In this document: positions 61,410 through 64,000 of the stretch, one piece after another
Numbering within the stretch: position 1 is the first letter of the stretch
Layout: each line of letters starts with the position of its first letter
Assembly (NCBI GenBank): GCA_963729715.1
Contig: CAVSPA010000003.1
Location: forward strand, 318,957-382,956
Origin: an uncultured delta proteobacterium
Lineage (GTDB): Bacteria > Desulfobacterota > Syntrophia > Syntrophales > UBA2185
Length of the DNA stretch: 64,000 bases
Direction: 5' to 3'
The notes under the pieces: model-generated
Told to the model about the DNA's origin: nothing
Seen by the model: only the letters and a program-made list of their open reading frames with translations
Databases searched by the model: none
Made by a program: the position numbers and the translations under genes

Positions 61410-62139
61410 TCAACAAACAATCGAAAAACTACACATCATGAAACTCACCGGCATGGCGGAAGCGTTCCAGGAGCAATCAGCACAAACTGATATGGACAGG
61501 CTCTCATTCGAAGAACGCTTCGGGCTCATCGTTGACCGCCAGTGGACATGGAAAGAAGACTGCCGCCTGCAGCGCTATCTCAAGAATGCAAAACTTAAAC
61601 TCAATGCCTGTGTTGAAGATATCGACTATAAAGCATCCAGGGGCATCGATCAGTCCGTCATGATGAAGCTCATCGCCTGCGATTGGATCAGAAAGCATCA
61701 GAACATCCTCATTACCGGGCCCACCGGCGCCGGGAAAACCTTCATCGCCTGCGCGCTCGCCAACAAGGCCTGCCGGGAAGGATACCGCAGCTTCTATATA
61801 CGAAGCCCCCGGTTCTCCTATCAGATGTCCCTGGCCAGAGGAGACGGCAGCTACGGAAATATTATCAATAAGCTCTCCCGGGCCCATGTCCTGGTGATTG
61901 ACGATCTCGGCCTTGCTCCCCTGACGGATACGGAAAGAAGAGACCTTCTGGAAGTTATCGAGGAAAGGCACGGCCATGCATCAACGATCGTCGTCAGTCA
62001 GCTGCCCATGGATCACTGGCACGAGCAGATCGGGGATCCCACGATCGCCGATGCTATCCTCGACCGCCTGATCCACAACGCACATAAAATAAACCTGAAG
62101 GGAGGATCACTGAGAAAAAAATACGCAAACTTGACCTGA
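61402..62139 (+). CDS. istB: IS21 helper ATPase
   Basis: GPTGAGKT, IDDLG, ADAILDRL. Confidence 0.96.
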   Translation: MLNQQTIEKLHIMKLTGMAEAFQEQSAQTDMDRLSFEERFGLIVDRQWTWKEDCRLQRYLKNAKLKLNACVEDIDYKASRGIDQSVMMKLIACDWIRKHQNILITGPTGAGKTFIACALANKACREGYRSFYIRSPRFSYQMSLARGDGSYGNIINKLSRAHVLVIDDLGLAPLTDTERRDLLEVIEERHGHASTIVVSQLPMDHWHEQIGDPTIADAILDRLIHNAHKINLKGGSLRKKYANLT

Positions 62140-62284
62140 ACAATCGTTTATGAGAAAGAACTAAAAAACCAGCGTCGCTTCGCTCCGGCAGGGCGGCCGA
62201 TTTGGTCCGGAACAGCCGGCCGGTTTGCTCCGGAACAGGTGGCCGATTTTAGCGGAATACACAATAGTATACTTATACTACCCT

Positions 62285-64000
62285 AGAAGCAATTGACCCC
62301 GGTGCTACGCAACGGTGTTATTCATGGAAGAAACTGGCTTTATTAAATACAATTTTATAAAGTAGGCAGCGGGTGCGCCCCGGCAGTCAATATCGACTCC
62401 TCACTGGTGTTTTCATACCCGTCTAGAAGCATGGTACCGAGTTTTCTTTGGTTATTACATTGGTGACAAATCATGTCTTTTCGGCATGTCAGATCCCGTT
62501 CAGGAGATTAACCGTTTTTTACCGACTCGGGCCGGGGCATGCCCCAAAAACCAATCAGGGGGCAAGTTTATGGGGAACAGTCTTAAAAGGCAACAAAAGA
62601 AGTTATCCGTCCAATCTAAGGATTCCGGTATGCTATCCAAGCTTAATTTAAATGCCGCCGGCATAGATATCGGTGCAGAGGAGCATTATGTCGCCGTCCC
62701 CGAAGATCGTGATAAGCGTCCCGTGCGTCCCTTCCGTTGTTTTACATCCGATCTTCATGCGATGGCCCAGTGGCTGAAAGAGTGCCGAATCGATAGTGTT
62801 GCCATGGAGTCAACGGGTGTTTATTGGATCCCGGTGTTTCAAATTCTTGAGACTTACGGGTTTGAGGTCAAACTGGTTAATGCCCGGCATGTGAAGAATG
62901 TTCCCGGCCGTAAATCGGATGTTCAGGATTGCCAATGGCTGCAAAATCTCCATGCCTACGGTCTTTTAAGCGGTTCGTTTCGACCGGAAGACCAGATTTG
63001 TGTTATGAGGAGTTATTGGCGCCATCGTGACAATCTTCTTCGTTATGCATCCTCTCATATCCTGCATATGCAGAAGGCGCTTACGGAGATGAATATCCAG
63101 TTGCACAAAGTCATCTCGGACATTACCGGTGTTACCGGCATGCGTATTGTTCGTGCCATCATTGCCGGTGAACGTGACCCCCTTGTTTTGGCCGACATGA
63201 GAGATCGCCGTATTATGTGCAGTGTCCAGGACATCGTCAAATCTCTGGAAGGGGACTATCGTGAAGAACATATGTTTGCTTTAAAGCAGGCCGTTGAACT
63301 TTATGATTTTTATCACCAGAAGATTGAAGCCTGCGACCGGCAGATAGAGAATTGTTTGGCCCAATTCGACTCCAAATTAGACATAAACACTAACCCGGTG
63401 CCTCCTTCAAAAAAGGCAAACAGAAAGCGAAGACGCAACGAGCCTAAAATCGATTTGCATACTCACTTATACCGGATAACCGGCGCCGATTTAACCCGGA
63501 TTGACGGGTTGGATGTAATGACTGTCCAGACGGTCATTAGCGAGGTTGGCCTTAATCCTGGATCTTTCCCTACGGAGAAGCATTTTGCATCCTGGCTGGG
63601 ATTATGCCCGGATAATCGCATTACCGGCGGAAAAGTAAAATCCAGTAAAACCCGTAAAGTGGTAAATCGAGCCGCTGAAGCCTTTCGTATGGCCGCTGAA
63701 TCTTTGCACAGCAGCGCAAGTGCCTTAGGCGCATATTACCGCCGTATGCGTGCGAGGCTTGGGGCACCCAAAGCGATTACCGCGACAGCCCATAAGCTTG
63801 CCCGCATATTCTATCGTCTTTGGAAAAACGGAGAAGCCTATCTGGACCCCGGAGTAGACTATTATGAACAAAAATACAAAGAACGAGTAATTAAAAATAT
63901 TAAAACTAAAGCCAAACAATTAGGTTATGCCATTACTTTGGAACCTCTCGCTAGCAATGTACGTTCTTAGGAAACCCTTATTGGACGTGAAGTTTCTCAG
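62285..64000 (+). mobile_element. IS110-B copy 4 (last 3 bp outside window)
   Basis: Same sequence as copy 1 at offset 59120 with a different left flank. Confidence 0.93.
62570..63970 (+). CDS. IS110-family transposase B
   Basis: Identical protein to copy 1. Confidence 0.95.
   Translation: MGNSLKRQQKKLSVQSKDSGMLSKLNLNAAGIDIGAEEHYVAVPEDRDKRPVRPFRCFTSDLHAMAQWLKECRIDSVAMESTGVYWIPVFQILETYGFEVKLVNARHVKNVPGRKSDVQDCQWLQNLHAYGLLSGSFRPEDQICVMRSYWRHRDNLLRYASSHILHMQKALTEMNIQLHKVISDITGVTGMRIVRAIIAGERDPLVLADMRDRRIMCSVQDIVKSLEGDYREEHMFALKQAVELYDFYHQKIEACDRQIENCLAQFDSKLDINTNPVPPSKKANRKRRRNEPKIDLHTHLYRITGADLTRIDGLDVMTVQTVISEVGLNPGSFPTEKHFASWLGLCPDNRITGGKVKSSKTRKVVNRAAEAFRMAAESLHSSASALGAYYRRMRARLGAPKAITATAHKLARIFYRLWKNGEAYLDPGVDYYEQKYKERVIKNIKTKAKQLGYAITLEPLASNVRS

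Larger units (their letters stand above)
59677..62263 (+). mobile_element. IS21-family element with 4-bp TSD
   Basis: TG..CA ends; IR TGAGTATTCCG vs TGTGTATTCCG; repeated AAATCGGCC motifs; ATAG at 59673-59676 and 62264-62267. Confidence 0.93.

Overview
Bacterial chromosomal window. The gene content (sigma54-driven amtB-glnK, beta-oxidation and CoA-transferase cluster, GT3-GT35 glycogen genes) suggests an anaerobic deltaproteobacterium/Syntrophales-like organism; this is inference only. Both ends are IS-rich. Left: pyk, then an IS110-family element (IS110-A, structured 3' non-coding end), then a 6-kb tandem array of a second IS110 element (IS110-B: 3 full copies and 1 partial). In the array the same right end is joined to different upstream positions, mostly at an AG dinucleotide. 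The IS110-B left end holds a ~175-nt stem-enclosed region with matches to both target and donor junctions, a bridge-RNA candidate. Middle: tautomerase, comM remnant, ilvE, lolA, glycogen cluster, amtB-glnK-(orphan Fis HTH)-glnA, proA-nadD-TPM-NTase-lemA, a TetR-associated acyl-CoA degradation operon with duplicated CoA-transferase alpha subunits, and an uncharacterised GntR/DASS/BKACE/ferredoxin locus. Right: class D group II intron, 2-hydroxyacid dehydrogenase, two identical inverted IS200 copies, PAS-LuxR, HU, TPR protein, an IS21 element and another IS110-B copy. No rRNA, tRNA or CRISPR array seen. All alignments and RNA pairings were done by eye.
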